A stretch of 64,000 nt of DNA from Oscillospiraceae bacterium (GTDB taxonomy: Bacteria; Bacillota; Clostridia; Oscillospirales; CAG-272): NCBI GenBank assembly GCA_015065105.1, contig SVQZ01000009.1, positions 7,134-71,133 of the forward strand, read 5' to 3'. Numbering within the stretch: position 1 is the stretch's first letter; every line of letters begins with the position of its first letter. Below the pieces are notes generated by a model. The model was given only the letters and a program-made list of their open reading frames with translations. It made no database searches and was not told the DNA's origin. Positions 17,635 to 26,285 of the stretch are shown here, one piece after another. The translations under genes and the position numbers were made by a program.

Positions 17635-18009
17635 AAAGGCAATCTTACATTTTTTCATAAGATAAAGAATACTTTCCTGTCTTCTATGGCAATCTTTTCG
17701 TCAACACACAGAACCGTCCCCCTGTGCTACGGCAAATCTTGCTCTGTTTTATCGGTTAGATAATATACTACCCTTTCTTCATTCCAAAAAACTTCTAAAT
17801 AATCATCATAAAATATAAATTTATAATATAAAGTCATTTCCAAAAACATTATGTTTAGAGTAAATTATATTTTCTTGACTTTTGAGTTAATGGTGGAATT
17901 TGTCGAACGATTTTTAGGGGGGGTACCCTACCGAAAGGCAAAATCCTATGTTATAATTAAAATGAAAGCGCCGAAAGGCGTTTTAAAATTAATTATAGAG
18001 AGGTAAGAA

Positions 18010-19179
18010 ATGCCGAGAAGCGCAAAAAAAGGACTTGATTTTTGTCCGTTTGATATTATACTTTCAAAAGAAGAAGAGGCTGTTAAAAAAGAGATAGGCG
18101 GGATCTATGCTTCTGTTCTCCATCCTCTTCTCGTGAGAATATACGGCGGCGAGGGTTATTTTATTAAATGGGACAGAGAACTTGCTGAAGTCTTTTGCAA
18201 GGAGGAAATGCTGTCCCGGGACAAGGTTGACAGAGTTATCGATTCATGTATCAATAACGGTGTATTTGATAAAGAAATCTACGAAAAGTATTCTGTGCTT
18301 ACGTCAAGAAATATTCAATGTAAATACCTTAAATATACTCACAGACGTGTAAATTCATATATAGTAAAGGAATATTCTCTTATCGAAGCAAAGGATATTT
18401 CTGTAACAGAAACGGAAAATATCTGTAACAGAAATGTTATTTCTGCAACAGAAACGGATAATATCTGTAACAGAAACGTTATTTCTGCAGCAGAAACGGA
18501 AAATATCTGTAACAGAAACGTTATTTCTGCAACAGAAACGGATAATATCTGTAACAGAAACGTTATTTCTGCAGCAGAAACGGATAATATCTGTAACAGA
18601 AACGTTATTTCTGCAGCAGAAACGGATAATATCTGTAACAGAAACGTTATTTCTGCAACAGAAACGGATAATATCTGTAACAGAAATGTTATTTCTGCAG
18701 CAGAAACGGATAATATCTGTAACAGAAACGTTATTTCTGCAGCAGAAACAAACGATGATTTATATAATAATAATATTAATAATAATATTAATAATAATAA
18801 TTCTCTCTCTCTTTCTTTTAATTTAATTAATAATAAAAATAATAATAAAAAGAGATACGGAATTTATAAAAACGTAATTCTTACAGACGGTGAATACCGA
18901 GAAATCGAAGAATTATGCGATGACGTTGAATACAGTATCAATTATCTTTCAAAGGGGCTTAAAACATACGGAGAAAACATGAAATACTCATATATCCATT
19001 ACATAAAGAAGTGGATAAGCGAAGGAAAGCTGAAGGGAAAAAATAAAAAGAAAGAGAAGAATGAAATTTTCGATTACAACATTGACAGCCTTGATGCGGC
19101 AGAAAGTGAGTGTGTAAACAAAGCGTTTAACGAGCAGAAGCAAATGATAGCGCGCTATCTTTCAAAGCTTAAAGCTTAG
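18010..19179 (+). CDS. Phage-type replisome organiser / replication initiator-like protein with an internal 14-aa tandem-repeat linker
   Basis: The N-terminus (KKGLDFCPFDI..YFIKWDRELAEVF..VLTSRNIQCKYLKYTHRR) resembles the Lin1244/Lin1753-type (DUF4373) phage replisome-organiser domain. The C-terminus has the YGIYKNVILTDGEYREIEE motif common in phage replication proteins. Both identifications are from memory. The middle consists of ETDNICNRNVISAA repeated 8 times, then a poly-Asn stretch. Confidence 0.7.
   Translation: MPRSAKKGLDFCPFDIILSKEEEAVKKEIGGIYASVLHPLLVRIYGGEGYFIKWDRELAEVFCKEEMLSRDKVDRVIDSCINNGVFDKEIYEKYSVLTSRNIQCKYLKYTHRRVNSYIVKEYSLIEAKDISVTETENICNRNVISATETDNICNRNVISAAETENICNRNVISATETDNICNRNVISAAETDNICNRNVISAAETDNICNRNVISATETDNICNRNVISAAETDNICNRNVISAAETNDDLYNNNINNNINNNNSLSLSFNLINNKNNNKKRYGIYKNVILTDGEYREIEELCDDVEYSINYLSKGLKTYGENMKYSYIHYIKKWISEGKLKGKNKKKEKNEIFDYNIDSLDAAESECVNKAFNEQKQMIARYLSKLKA
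18397..18752. repeat. 8.4 tandem copies of a 42-bp unit (about 17 dyad iterons TTTCTG-N3-CAGAAA), candidate replication origin
   Basis: Units start at 18397, 18439, 18481, 18523, 18565, 18607, 18649 and 18691, with a partial unit at 18733. There are 0-4 substitutions per unit, and dyad centres are spaced 22 and 20 bp alternately. Confidence 0.85.
18753..18850. other. AT-rich tract with a CT run (candidate DNA unwinding element)
   Basis: About 100 nt with roughly a dozen G/C by my count (aataataatattaataataat...ttctctctctctttc...), immediately 3' of the iterons. Confidence 0.6.
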
Positions 19180-19210
19180 ATACGTTGTTTTATGGAACAA
19201 TTTCCTATAA
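19146..19210 (-). repeat. Short copy E of the intergenic element family
   Basis: On the minus strand, TTATAGGAAATTGTTCCA (plus-strand 19193-19210) matches copy B2 at 17 of 18 positions. It is followed by aagctttgaaag and the palindrome gatagcgcgctatc (19146-19159), which lies antisense inside the 3' end of CDS 18010..19179. Confidence 0.5.
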
Positions 19211-19213
19211 CAC

Positions 19214-19239
19214 AAAAAACGAGCCGCGAACGACTCGTT
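19214..19239 (-). terminator. Terminator of the zinc-ribbon membrane protein gene
   Basis: On the minus strand, stem aacgag..ctcgtt (with an internal mismatch) followed by TTTTTT. Confidence 0.6.
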
Positions 19240-19302
19240 CTTTGCTTAGATGGAAGGTGATGGATGATGTATATAATTACGCATAGCGTAGTTATACCTT
19301 TA

Positions 19303-19707
19303 TTATCTGCCTTTGACCTCAAAACGAAAAGAGCAACGGGGACATTTAACTGTGTGTACACCTTTCGCCTTAGGTAATCTGAGGTTTGCATGACATGAGG
19401 GACATTGACGGTAAACGTGGGTTTTTCTGTCCCGGAGCTTGTTTTTCTGAAGCTTGAAAAAACCGCCTATCCTGTTAAAAAATCTCATAAATCTCTCGTT
19501 TTCGTTTCTTCTTTTCCATACGTTCTTTGACATCATTCTGAAAATACAATAACCTATAAGAAAATAATTCAGAAGAGTAAGAATTATCGAACGGATAAAA
19601 ACATTAACAACACTCAGGATAACACCTGTCCATAAAAGGATCAGGGTCATTTTGTCCATACCGTTCCTGCCGTACATAAAGCGTATGAGTTTTTCTTTAA
19701 ATTTCAT
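19303..19707 (-). CDS. Small membrane protein with a C-terminal zinc ribbon
   Basis: Two hydrophobic helices, then CPSC..x17..CPRC. AAGGAG SD upstream. Confidence 0.7.
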   Translation of the reverse strand: MKFKEKLIRFMYGRNGMDKMTLILLWTGVILSVVNVFIRSIILTLLNYFLIGYCIFRMMSKNVWKRRNENERFMRFFNRIGGFFKLQKNKLRDRKTHVYRQCPSCHANLRLPKAKGVHTVKCPRCSFRFEVKGR

Positions 19708-19845
19708 TTACCGATATCTCCTTTTGCTGATATCATTATATTTCCCCATTATCAATTTATCATCAACTTTGGCAAAAAAATATATTGACAATAGGTTGAG
19801 ATTTGTGATTTAATATATATGTAAAATCATTTTCAGGAGTGTTTT

Positions 19846-20517
19846 ATGTTTAAGATCCTTGTTGTTGAAGATAACGCAGAGCTTCGCCGTCTCTTTTGCA
19901 AAGTTTTGGACCGTGAAGGCTATACCCCCTTGGAGGCAAAGGACGGAATAGATGCATTAGATGTTTTGGATAACGAATTTGTCGATCTTATAATATGCGA
20001 TATCATGATGCCCCGAATGGACGGGATAGAATTGGTTCGTGAGCTTCGCGATGCAAGATATACCCTTCCCGTTCTTATGATAACAGCCAAGGAGACGTTT
20101 GCCGACAAGCAGCAAAGCTTTAACGCGGGAGTTGACGATTACATGGTAAAGCCTGTTGACGTGAACGAGATGATGCTGCGCGTAAAGGCTCTTTTAAGGA
20201 GAGCAAAGATAGTTAACGAAAGAAAGCTTACATTCGGTGAAACGGTTCTTGAATACGATACCTTCACTCTCTACACAGGCAAAGGCGCTGAATGTCTTCC
20301 CCAGAAGGAATTCATGCTTTTATATAAGTTAGCGTCCAACCCCAATCATATCTATACCCGTCAGCAGATAATGGATGATATATGGGGCATGACAAGCGAA
20401 ACAGACACCCACACAGTTGACGTTCATATCAACCGTATCCGCGACAAATTGAGAGATAACGAAGATATCGAGATAGTGACGGTACGCGGTCTTGGCTATA
20501 AAGCAGTAAAAAAATGA
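19846..20517 (+). CDS. OmpR-family response regulator
   Basis: Receiver domain (ILVVEDN..DLIICDIMMPRMDG..TAK) plus winged-helix output (LPQKEFMLLYKL..VRGLGYK). Confidence 0.9.
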   Translation: MFKILVVEDNAELRRLFCKVLDREGYTPLEAKDGIDALDVLDNEFVDLIICDIMMPRMDGIELVRELRDARYTLPVLMITAKETFADKQQSFNAGVDDYMVKPVDVNEMMLRVKALLRRAKIVNERKLTFGETVLEYDTFTLYTGKGAECLPQKEFMLLYKLASNPNHIYTRQQIMDDIWGMTSETDTHTVDVHINRIRDKLRDNEDIEIVTVRGLGYKAVKK

Positions 20518-21602
20518 AAAAAGTCAGTAAGAGAGCAAAAAGATATATAACAGAAATACAAACCGATAGCGTCAAGACAGAAGGACATTCGCTGCGCTTT
20601 CATTTCGCCCTTATAATATTTATTATACTTCTTTTCGCCATGTCTTTGACAATAACGGCAACGGTGATTCTTTACCAAATGAGGTTACTTCGTGTAATTC
20701 TGGGCGGCCCTTTTTCGGTTATCATAGGTGTATTTCTGTTAAGTGTGTGCATAGCCTCCGCTCTTGCATATTATGTTAACAACCACATTTTAAGACCTAT
20801 CGTTACATTGAGTAATGCGTCAAAAAAGGTTGCAAAAGGTGACTTTTCAGTAAGGATCGACAAAAAAACGTATATCGAGGAGCTAAACACAACCTTCGAT
20901 AATTTCAACAATATGGTCAGCGAGATATCCTCTATAGAGACCCTTCGCAACGACTTCGTGGCAAACGTATCCCATGAATTCAAAACGCCCCTTTCCGCAA
21001 TCGAGGGATACGCCACACTTTTGCAGGATGAGAGTCTTTGCGCAAGCGAAAGAAATGAATACATAAAAAAGATACATGACAATACAAGGCTTTTATCCGA
21101 TCTTACAGGCAATATACTTCTGATATCAAAGCTTGATAATCAGAGCTTCACCTCCCATAAGAAGATATTCCGCTTGGACGAGCAGATAAGGGAGGCTATA
21201 CTCACCCATGAGGTAACCTGGGAAACTAAGGGTACAGAGCTTGAAATAGATCTGGAAGAAATAAACTATAACGGAGAAGAAAGCCTTTTACTTCAGGTAT
21301 GGATGAATCTTATCGGCAATGCACTCAAATTCACAGAACAGAACGGTAAGATATCGATATCGCTCAAAAGCTTTCAAAATATTGCAGTAATAAAAATAGC
21401 CGATGACGGCATCGGCATGGATAATGCTACAAAAAAGCATATATTTGAAAAATTCTATCAGGGGGATACCTCCCATAAGGGCAAAGGAAACGGTCTCGGT
21501 CTTCCCCTTTGCAAAAGGATAGTAAATCTCCACAGAGGACGAATCGAATGTGAAAGCGAACCGGGAAAAGGAACTGTCTTTACCGTTATTCTTCCATTAT
21601 AA
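20514..21602 (+). CDS. Sensor histidine kinase
   Basis: Two TM helices, a HAMP-like region, H-box SHEFKTPLSAI, and an ATPase domain with N and G boxes (NLIGNALKF, DDGIGM, GNGLGL). Overlaps the regulator gene by 4 nt. Confidence 0.9.
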   Translation: MKKVSKRAKRYITEIQTDSVKTEGHSLRFHFALIIFIILLFAMSLTITATVILYQMRLLRVILGGPFSVIIGVFLLSVCIASALAYYVNNHILRPIVTLSNASKKVAKGDFSVRIDKKTYIEELNTTFDNFNNMVSEISSIETLRNDFVANVSHEFKTPLSAIEGYATLLQDESLCASERNEYIKKIHDNTRLLSDLTGNILLISKLDNQSFTSHKKIFRLDEQIREAILTHEVTWETKGTELEIDLEEINYNGEESLLLQVWMNLIGNALKFTEQNGKISISLKSFQNIAVIKIADDGIGMDNATKKHIFEKFYQGDTSHKGKGNGLGLPLCKRIVNLHRGRIECESEPGKGTVFTVILPL

Positions 21603-21615
21603 AAACGTATATCGT

Positions 21616-21711
21616 CCCGCCTGCAAAAGGGCGGGAAAAGGTGTCCTTTCAGCGAGCTTTCCCGAACAGCTTCTTTGGAGGAACAAGCTTAAAGACCTTA
21701 TATTTCCTTAC
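21616..21711 (-). repeat. Possible degenerate copy C of the intergenic element family
   Basis: Same length and layout: hairpin cccgcc/ggcggg (21616-21635) just after the kinase stop, shared words (cctttca, agctt, cccgaa, ggaaca), and a box-like atatttcctta at 21700-21711. Strongly diverged. Confidence 0.3.
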
Positions 21712-21755
21712 GTCCGGCCTTATCTTTCTACAGTCTGAAGACGGCGAATGCCGTC

Positions 21756-22160
21756 TTATCCTGTTATAAGATCGCCTAAAGTGATCTTATCAAAATAATC
21801 ATTCAATACATCATTCAAACCGCTCCACATCTTAAGTGTGGGGCATTTTTCTGCGTTTTTACATTTCGGCGCACCTTCTTCAAGGCAGGCAACGGGGGCA
21901 AGACTTCCCTCGGTAAGCCGTAAAAGATCACCTATTATATACTCCTCGGGGGCTTTGGTGAGCTTATAGCCACCCCCTCTTCCTTGAAGACCCTCAATAT
22001 AACCGTTTTTTGTTAAAACGGGAAGTATTCTTTCTATATATTTTAATGATATTCCCTGTCTTTTGGCGATCTCTTTCATAGGTATAAAGCCCTTATCCCG
22101 ATTCTCTGCAAGATCACAAAGCACTCTTATAGCATATCTTCCTCTGGTAGATACTATCAT
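21756..22160 (-). CDS. Rrf2-family transcriptional regulator (CymR/IscR-like)
   Basis: MIVSTRGRYAIRVLCDLA...GISLKYIERILPVL..GGGYKL. I trimmed the start to ATG 22160. The longer listed ORF overlaps cysK. Confidence 0.85.
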   Translation of the reverse strand: MIVSTRGRYAIRVLCDLAENRDKGFIPMKEIAKRQGISLKYIERILPVLTKNGYIEGLQGRGGGYKLTKAPEEYIIGDLLRLTEGSLAPVACLEEGAPKCKNAEKCPTLKMWSGLNDVLNDYFDKITLGDLITG

Positions 22161-22161
22161 A

Positions 22162-23088
22162 TTACTCTCCGTAAAGGTCGGTGGAAAGATATCGGTCTCC
22201 CGAATCCGGGAAAAGTACAACAATATTCTTCCCCTTGCTTTCAGGCTTTTTAGCCTCTTCGATCGCGGCATAAAGCGCCGCACCCGAGGATATGCCTGCA
22301 AGAACACCCTCTATCATACCTACCATTCTTGCGCTCGCATAGGCGGCCTCATTCGTAACCCCGACTACCTCGTCTATAACAGAAAGGTCAAGAATATCGG
22401 GAATAAAGCCTGCACCTATACCCTGGATCTTATGAGCACCCGATCTCCCTTTGGTTATAACGGGAGAATCAGAGGGTTCAACGGCTATTATCTTAACGTC
22501 CTTTTTCTTTTCCTTAAGATATTTGCCTACACCGCTTACAGTGCCTCCCGTACCTGCACCCGCAACGAATATATCTACCTCTCCGTTGGTATCGTTATAT
22601 ATTTCGGGGGCTGTGGTATCGTAATGAGCCTTGGGGTTTGCGGGATTTACGAACTGACCCGCGATAAAGCTTCCCTCTATCTGTGCCTCAAGCTCCTTTG
22701 CTTTTTCTATGGCACCCGCCATGCCGAGCTTACCGTCGGTAAGTATAAGCTTTGCTCCGTATGCGCTCATAAGCTTCTTTCTTTCCTCTGACATAGTCTC
22801 GGGCATAACGATAATCACCTTGTAACCTCTTGCGGCCGCAACCGAAGCAATACCTATTCCCGTATTACCGCTTGTAGGTTCGATTATAACAGAATCGCTG
22901 TTAAGCTTTCCTTTGCGCTCTGCATCGTCAAGCATCGCCCTGCCAACTCTGTCCTTTACAGAGCCTGCAGGATTAAAATATTCCAATTTGGCATATATTT
23001 TTGCTTTTAATGCGTATTTTGCTTCTATATTTTTCAGCTCAAGTAAAGGGGTATTCCCTATAAGCTGATCAACTGACGTATATATCAT
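22162..23088 (-). CDS. cysK: Cysteine synthase A (O-acetylserine sulfhydrylase)
   Basis: [16 protein letters not shown]-lysine motif, [13 protein letters not shown]. Confidence 0.92.
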   Translation of the reverse strand: MIYTSVDQLIGNTPLLELKNIEAKYALKAKIYAKLEYFNPAGSVKDRVGRAMLDDAERKGKLNSDSVIIEPTSGNTGIGIASVAAARGYKVIIVMPETMSEERKKLMSAYGAKLILTDGKLGMAGAIEKAKELEAQIEGSFIAGQFVNPANPKAHYDTTAPEIYNDTNGEVDIFVAGAGTGGTVSGVGKYLKEKKKDVKIIAVEPSDSPVITKGRSGAHKIQGIGAGFIPDILDLSVIDEVVGVTNEAAYASARMVGMIEGVLAGISSGAALYAAIEEAKKPESKGKNIVVLFPDSGDRYLSTDLYGE

Positions 23089-24389
23089 ATATTTTCCTTA
23101 CCTATAAGATGATTTATAAGCTGCTGTGCAGTTCTTCCGCTTCTGCCGCCATGCTGCATAGCCCATGCTCTTGCCTTTGCTGTTATCTCATCATCCGTCA
23201 TATTTATATTATTTCTGTGTGCCAATTCTGTAACTATCTTGAAATAGTCCTTCTGGTCGGGCTTTGAATAATTGATGGTACATCCGAAACGGTCGTAAAG
23301 AGAAAGCTTTTCCTCCATTGTGTCCGAATGACGTACGTCATTTGTAACCGAAATGTCCTTTCTGTCGCTCCAGGTCTCCTTAATGAGATGCCAACGGTTA
23401 GAGGTTGCATATATAAGAACGTTTTCAGGTCTTATTTCAAGTCCGCCTTCAATTACTGCCTTGAGATACTTATATTCTATCTCGTTTTCCTCAAAAGAAA
23501 GATCGTCCATATATATTATAAAACGGTAATTACGGTTCTTGATATCTGCAATTATCTTGGGCAAAAACTCAAACTGATGCTTATATATTTCTATTATACG
23601 GAGTCCTCTGTCATAATACTCGTTAAGTATCGCTTTTATGCTTGTGGATTTTCCCGTACCCGCATCACCGTACAAAAGAACATTATTTGCTTTCTGTCCC
23701 TTTACAAACGCCTCTGTGTTTTCTGTAAGCTCCGCCTTTTGAAGCTCGTAACCAACAAGATCGCTCAGGCGTATTACCTCGGTATTGGTTATAGCTTCAA
23801 GCTCACATTCACTTCCGGGTTTTATACGGAAAGCCTTGTTCATGCCGAACATACCGACACCGTAGCAGCGGTAAAAATCCGTTACCGCTTGAAACACTCC
23901 GTTTTCATCCGGGCAGCTCTCTATCTTTGCGCTTAATGCTCTTATCTTTTCGCTTACGTTCTTATTATACATCTGCTCTGCCTTGGGCATCGATATATAA
24001 TTTGAAATAACAGAAAAACAATTTATATCAAGAGTTTTTTCGATCACGGAAAAATCATAATCGAAAAGCGATTTGAATATAGCAAAATCACCCTTTGCAA
24101 AATTATTTACAGAGCCCTCACCCGCACCCTTTTTTTCACAGCACATACTGAAGGGGTTTTCTGTGGTCGCCAAAAGATATGCAAGATAGTTATGCCAAAG
24201 ATTATCGTTAAATCCGTATCTTGTGGCTATATCAAGCAGACGGTGTATCTCGGTATATATTTCCGAAATAAGCTGTTCCTTATTATAATCACCCGCATAA
24301 AAACGGCGGGTAATGTCACTGAGCTTAAAAAGAACCGAATCCTTTTCTATATTACGGTAAACTACTAATTTTGATAAATAACGGTACAT
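23085..24389 (-). CDS. AAA-type ATP-binding protein (DUF815/COG2607-like) with a roughly 200-aa N-terminal extension
   Basis: Walker [13 protein letters not shown] and Walker [11 protein letters not shown]. Overlaps cysK by 4 nt. It has its own TTGACA-17-TATAAT promoter on the minus strand at 24426-24454. Confidence 0.75.
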   Translation of the reverse strand: MYRYLSKLVVYRNIEKDSVLFKLSDITRRFYAGDYNKEQLISEIYTEIHRLLDIATRYGFNDNLWHNYLAYLLATTENPFSMCCEKKGAGEGSVNNFAKGDFAIFKSLFDYDFSVIEKTLDINCFSVISNYISMPKAEQMYNKNVSEKIRALSAKIESCPDENGVFQAVTDFYRCYGVGMFGMNKAFRIKPGSECELEAITNTEVIRLSDLVGYELQKAELTENTEAFVKGQKANNVLLYGDAGTGKSTSIKAILNEYYDRGLRIIEIYKHQFEFLPKIIADIKNRNYRFIIYMDDLSFEENEIEYKYLKAVIEGGLEIRPENVLIYATSNRWHLIKETWSDRKDISVTNDVRHSDTMEEKLSLYDRFGCTINYSKPDQKDYFKIVTELAHRNNINMTDDEITAKARAWAMQHGGRSGRTAQQLINHLIGKENI

Positions 24390-24450
24390 AAAAGAGTCCT
24401 CTTTGCTTATTTAAAATATAATAAAATTATACTTCACTCTGTGAATAATG

Positions 24451-24816
24451 TCAATAATTTAATTTTATATTATCGCAAAGCATCGCAATAAACTCGCTGT
24501 TTGTCGGTTTTCCCTTTTCACAGTTTATCGTAAAACCGAAAAGCTCGGTGAGCAAGATTATATCCCCTCTATCCCAGGCTATTGATATGGCGATCCTCAT
24601 CGCTCTTTCAACGCTGGAGGGGGTAACGTCATATTTTTGCGCCACCCTTGAATATATCTCTTTGGTTACCGAATTCATATACGTTTCGTTTTTGTAAGCC
24701 AACACTATGGCACAACGCAGATATTCATGACCCTTGATATTTGCAGGTACACCGATCCTGTGTAACAAATTAGTGACCTTTATTATTATATCCTTATTTT
24801 CTTCTTGCAGAATCAT
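24451..24816 (-). CDS. Stand-alone Spo0A C-terminal (DNA-binding) domain protein with no receiver domain
   Basis: IKGHEYLRCAIVLA..VTKEIYSRVAQKYDVTPSSVERAMRIAISIAWDRG..FGFT..GKPTNSEFIAML aligns with the Spo0A effector domain. Only 121 aa. Confidence 0.8.
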   Translation of the reverse strand: MILQEENKDIIIKVTNLLHRIGVPANIKGHEYLRCAIVLAYKNETYMNSVTKEIYSRVAQKYDVTPSSVERAMRIAISIAWDRGDIILLTELFGFTINCEKGKPTNSEFIAMLCDNIKLNY

Positions 24817-24928
24817 TTTTTATTATTCCTCCAAAACGAACTTTTGTTCGTTTTTGATTATATCATATATTTTTGCTTATGTCAATGTTTTTTCTAAGAT
24901 AACGGGAAGAAAACATTTGAAAAAACTC

Positions 24929-24984
24929 TTGACAAATCAGAAAAGAGACGATATAATAAGTGTACTATCATACATAGTACACTT
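24929..24984 (+). promoter_or_regulatory. Promoter plus a perfect 10-bp inverted-repeat operator of the GntR/ABC operon
   Basis: TTGACA (24929-24934), 17 nt, TATAAT (24952-24957), then AAGTGTACTA-N7-TAGTACACTT (24958-24984), which has the GT..TA..AC shape of GntR/YtrA operators. Confidence 0.65.
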
Positions 24985-24996
24985 ATGGAGGATCAA

Positions 24997-25380
24997 ATGT
25001 TTTCTATCGACATATTTTCAAGGACCCCCGTATATGAGCAGATAATCTCGCAGATCGAGGAATACGTTTCAAAAGGAATTTTAAAGCCGGGAGATAAGAT
25101 CCCCTCGGTCAGAGCCTTATCTGTAAAGCTTTCGGTAAACCCCAACACCATTCAAAAGGCTTTTTCCGAGCTGGATGCCAAAGGTATAATTTTTTCAGTT
25201 CCCGGAAGAGGCTGCTTTATCGCAGAGGATGCTTTGGAAACGGTAAAATCAAAAAAACGAGAAAAGCTCGGCGATCTTAGAGCTCTTTGCGAAGAATTAA
25301 AAACGGCAGGGGTAACAAAGGACGAAATAATTGAACGAATCAACCTTATATTTAACAATGAAGGAGGAGATAAGAAATGA
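24997..25380 (+). CDS. GntR-family (YtrA-subfamily) transcriptional regulator
   Basis: PVYEQI..G.LKPGDKIPSVRALS..L.VNPNTIQKAF.EL. The start was moved to ATG 24997, downstream of GGAGG at 24987-24991. Confidence 0.85.
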   Translation: MFSIDIFSRTPVYEQIISQIEEYVSKGILKPGDKIPSVRALSVKLSVNPNTIQKAFSELDAKGIIFSVPGRGCFIAEDALETVKSKKREKLGDLRALCEELKTAGVTKDEIIERINLIFNNEGGDKK

Positions 25381-26285
25381 TCTTTGCAAAAGACCTCACC
25401 AAGACCTTTGACGGCTTCACGGCATTAAATTCCCTAACCTGCAAGATACCTGAGGGATGTATCTACGGCATGGTAGGTTCTAACGGAGCGGGCAAGTCAA
25501 CCTTTTTACGCATACTTTCAGGTGTTTATAAAGCTGACAGCGGTATTTGCGAAATAGACGGTGAAAGAGTCTGGGAAAATCCCCGCGCAAAATCAAAGTT
25601 AGCATTTGTACCCGATGACGTCTTTTATCTTCAGGGAGCTTCTATGGACAGAATGGCTTCTTTATATAAAGCGGTATATCCCGATTTTGATGAAAAGACA
25701 TACCTTTCCCTTACCGATACCTTCAAGCTGGACAGAAAAAAGAATCTCAACGCATTTTCAAAGGGTATGCGCCGACAGGCAAGCACGATCCTTGCTCTTT
25801 CGGCAAAGCCCCAATATATATTCTTTGATGAGACCTTTGACGGTCTTGACCCTGTTATGAGAACACTTGTAAAAAAGCTTATATGCAACGACGTAATAGA
25901 AAGAAAGGCTACTGCTATCATAACCTCTCATTCACTGCGTGAATTAGAGGATACCTGTGATCAGCTCGCTCTTCTTCATAAGGGCGGTCTTGTACTTGAA
26001 AGCGACACCGAAAATCTTAAAACAAAGCAGTTCAAGATACAGATAGCCTTTAACGATGATTACGATATCTCCCGGTTTAAGGATATTGATATAAGCAATT
26101 TCACAAAAAACGGCTGTGTTACAAACATGATAGTCAAGGGAGATAAGCAAGAGGTATTAACAAAGCTTTCGATGCTTTCGCCGATCCTTCTTGAAGCCCT
26201 TCCTCTTTCTCTTGAAGAGATCTTCACCTATGAAATGGAGGCATTGGGCTATAGCTTCGACGGACTATTCGAGGAGGTAGAATAA
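25377..26285 (+). CDS. ABC transporter ATP-binding protein
   Basis: Walker A GSNGAGKST, signature-like FSKGMRRQ, Walker B IFFDETFDGLD. Overlaps the regulator gene by 4 nt. Confidence 0.9.
   Translation: MIFAKDLTKTFDGFTALNSLTCKIPEGCIYGMVGSNGAGKSTFLRILSGVYKADSGICEIDGERVWENPRAKSKLAFVPDDVFYLQGASMDRMASLYKAVYPDFDEKTYLSLTDTFKLDRKKNLNAFSKGMRRQASTILALSAKPQYIFFDETFDGLDPVMRTLVKKLICNDVIERKATAIITSHSLRELEDTCDQLALLHKGGLVLESDTENLKTKQFKIQIAFNDDYDISRFKDIDISNFTKNGCVTNMIVKGDKQEVLTKLSMLSPILLEALPLSLEEIFTYEMEALGYSFDGLFEEVE

Noticed and set aside
17851-18006. 51-codon ORF (MFRVNYIFLTFELMVEF...) ending 3 nt before the replisome-organiser start
   Set aside because: No Shine-Dalgarno sequence before any of its ATGs, AT-rich low-complexity composition, and it spans the hairpin-containing leader.
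18397-18752. Regular 42-bp repeats that could be mistaken for a CRISPR array
   Set aside because: The units are directly adjacent with no unique spacers, they stay in frame inside a long ORF, and no cas genes or leader are present.
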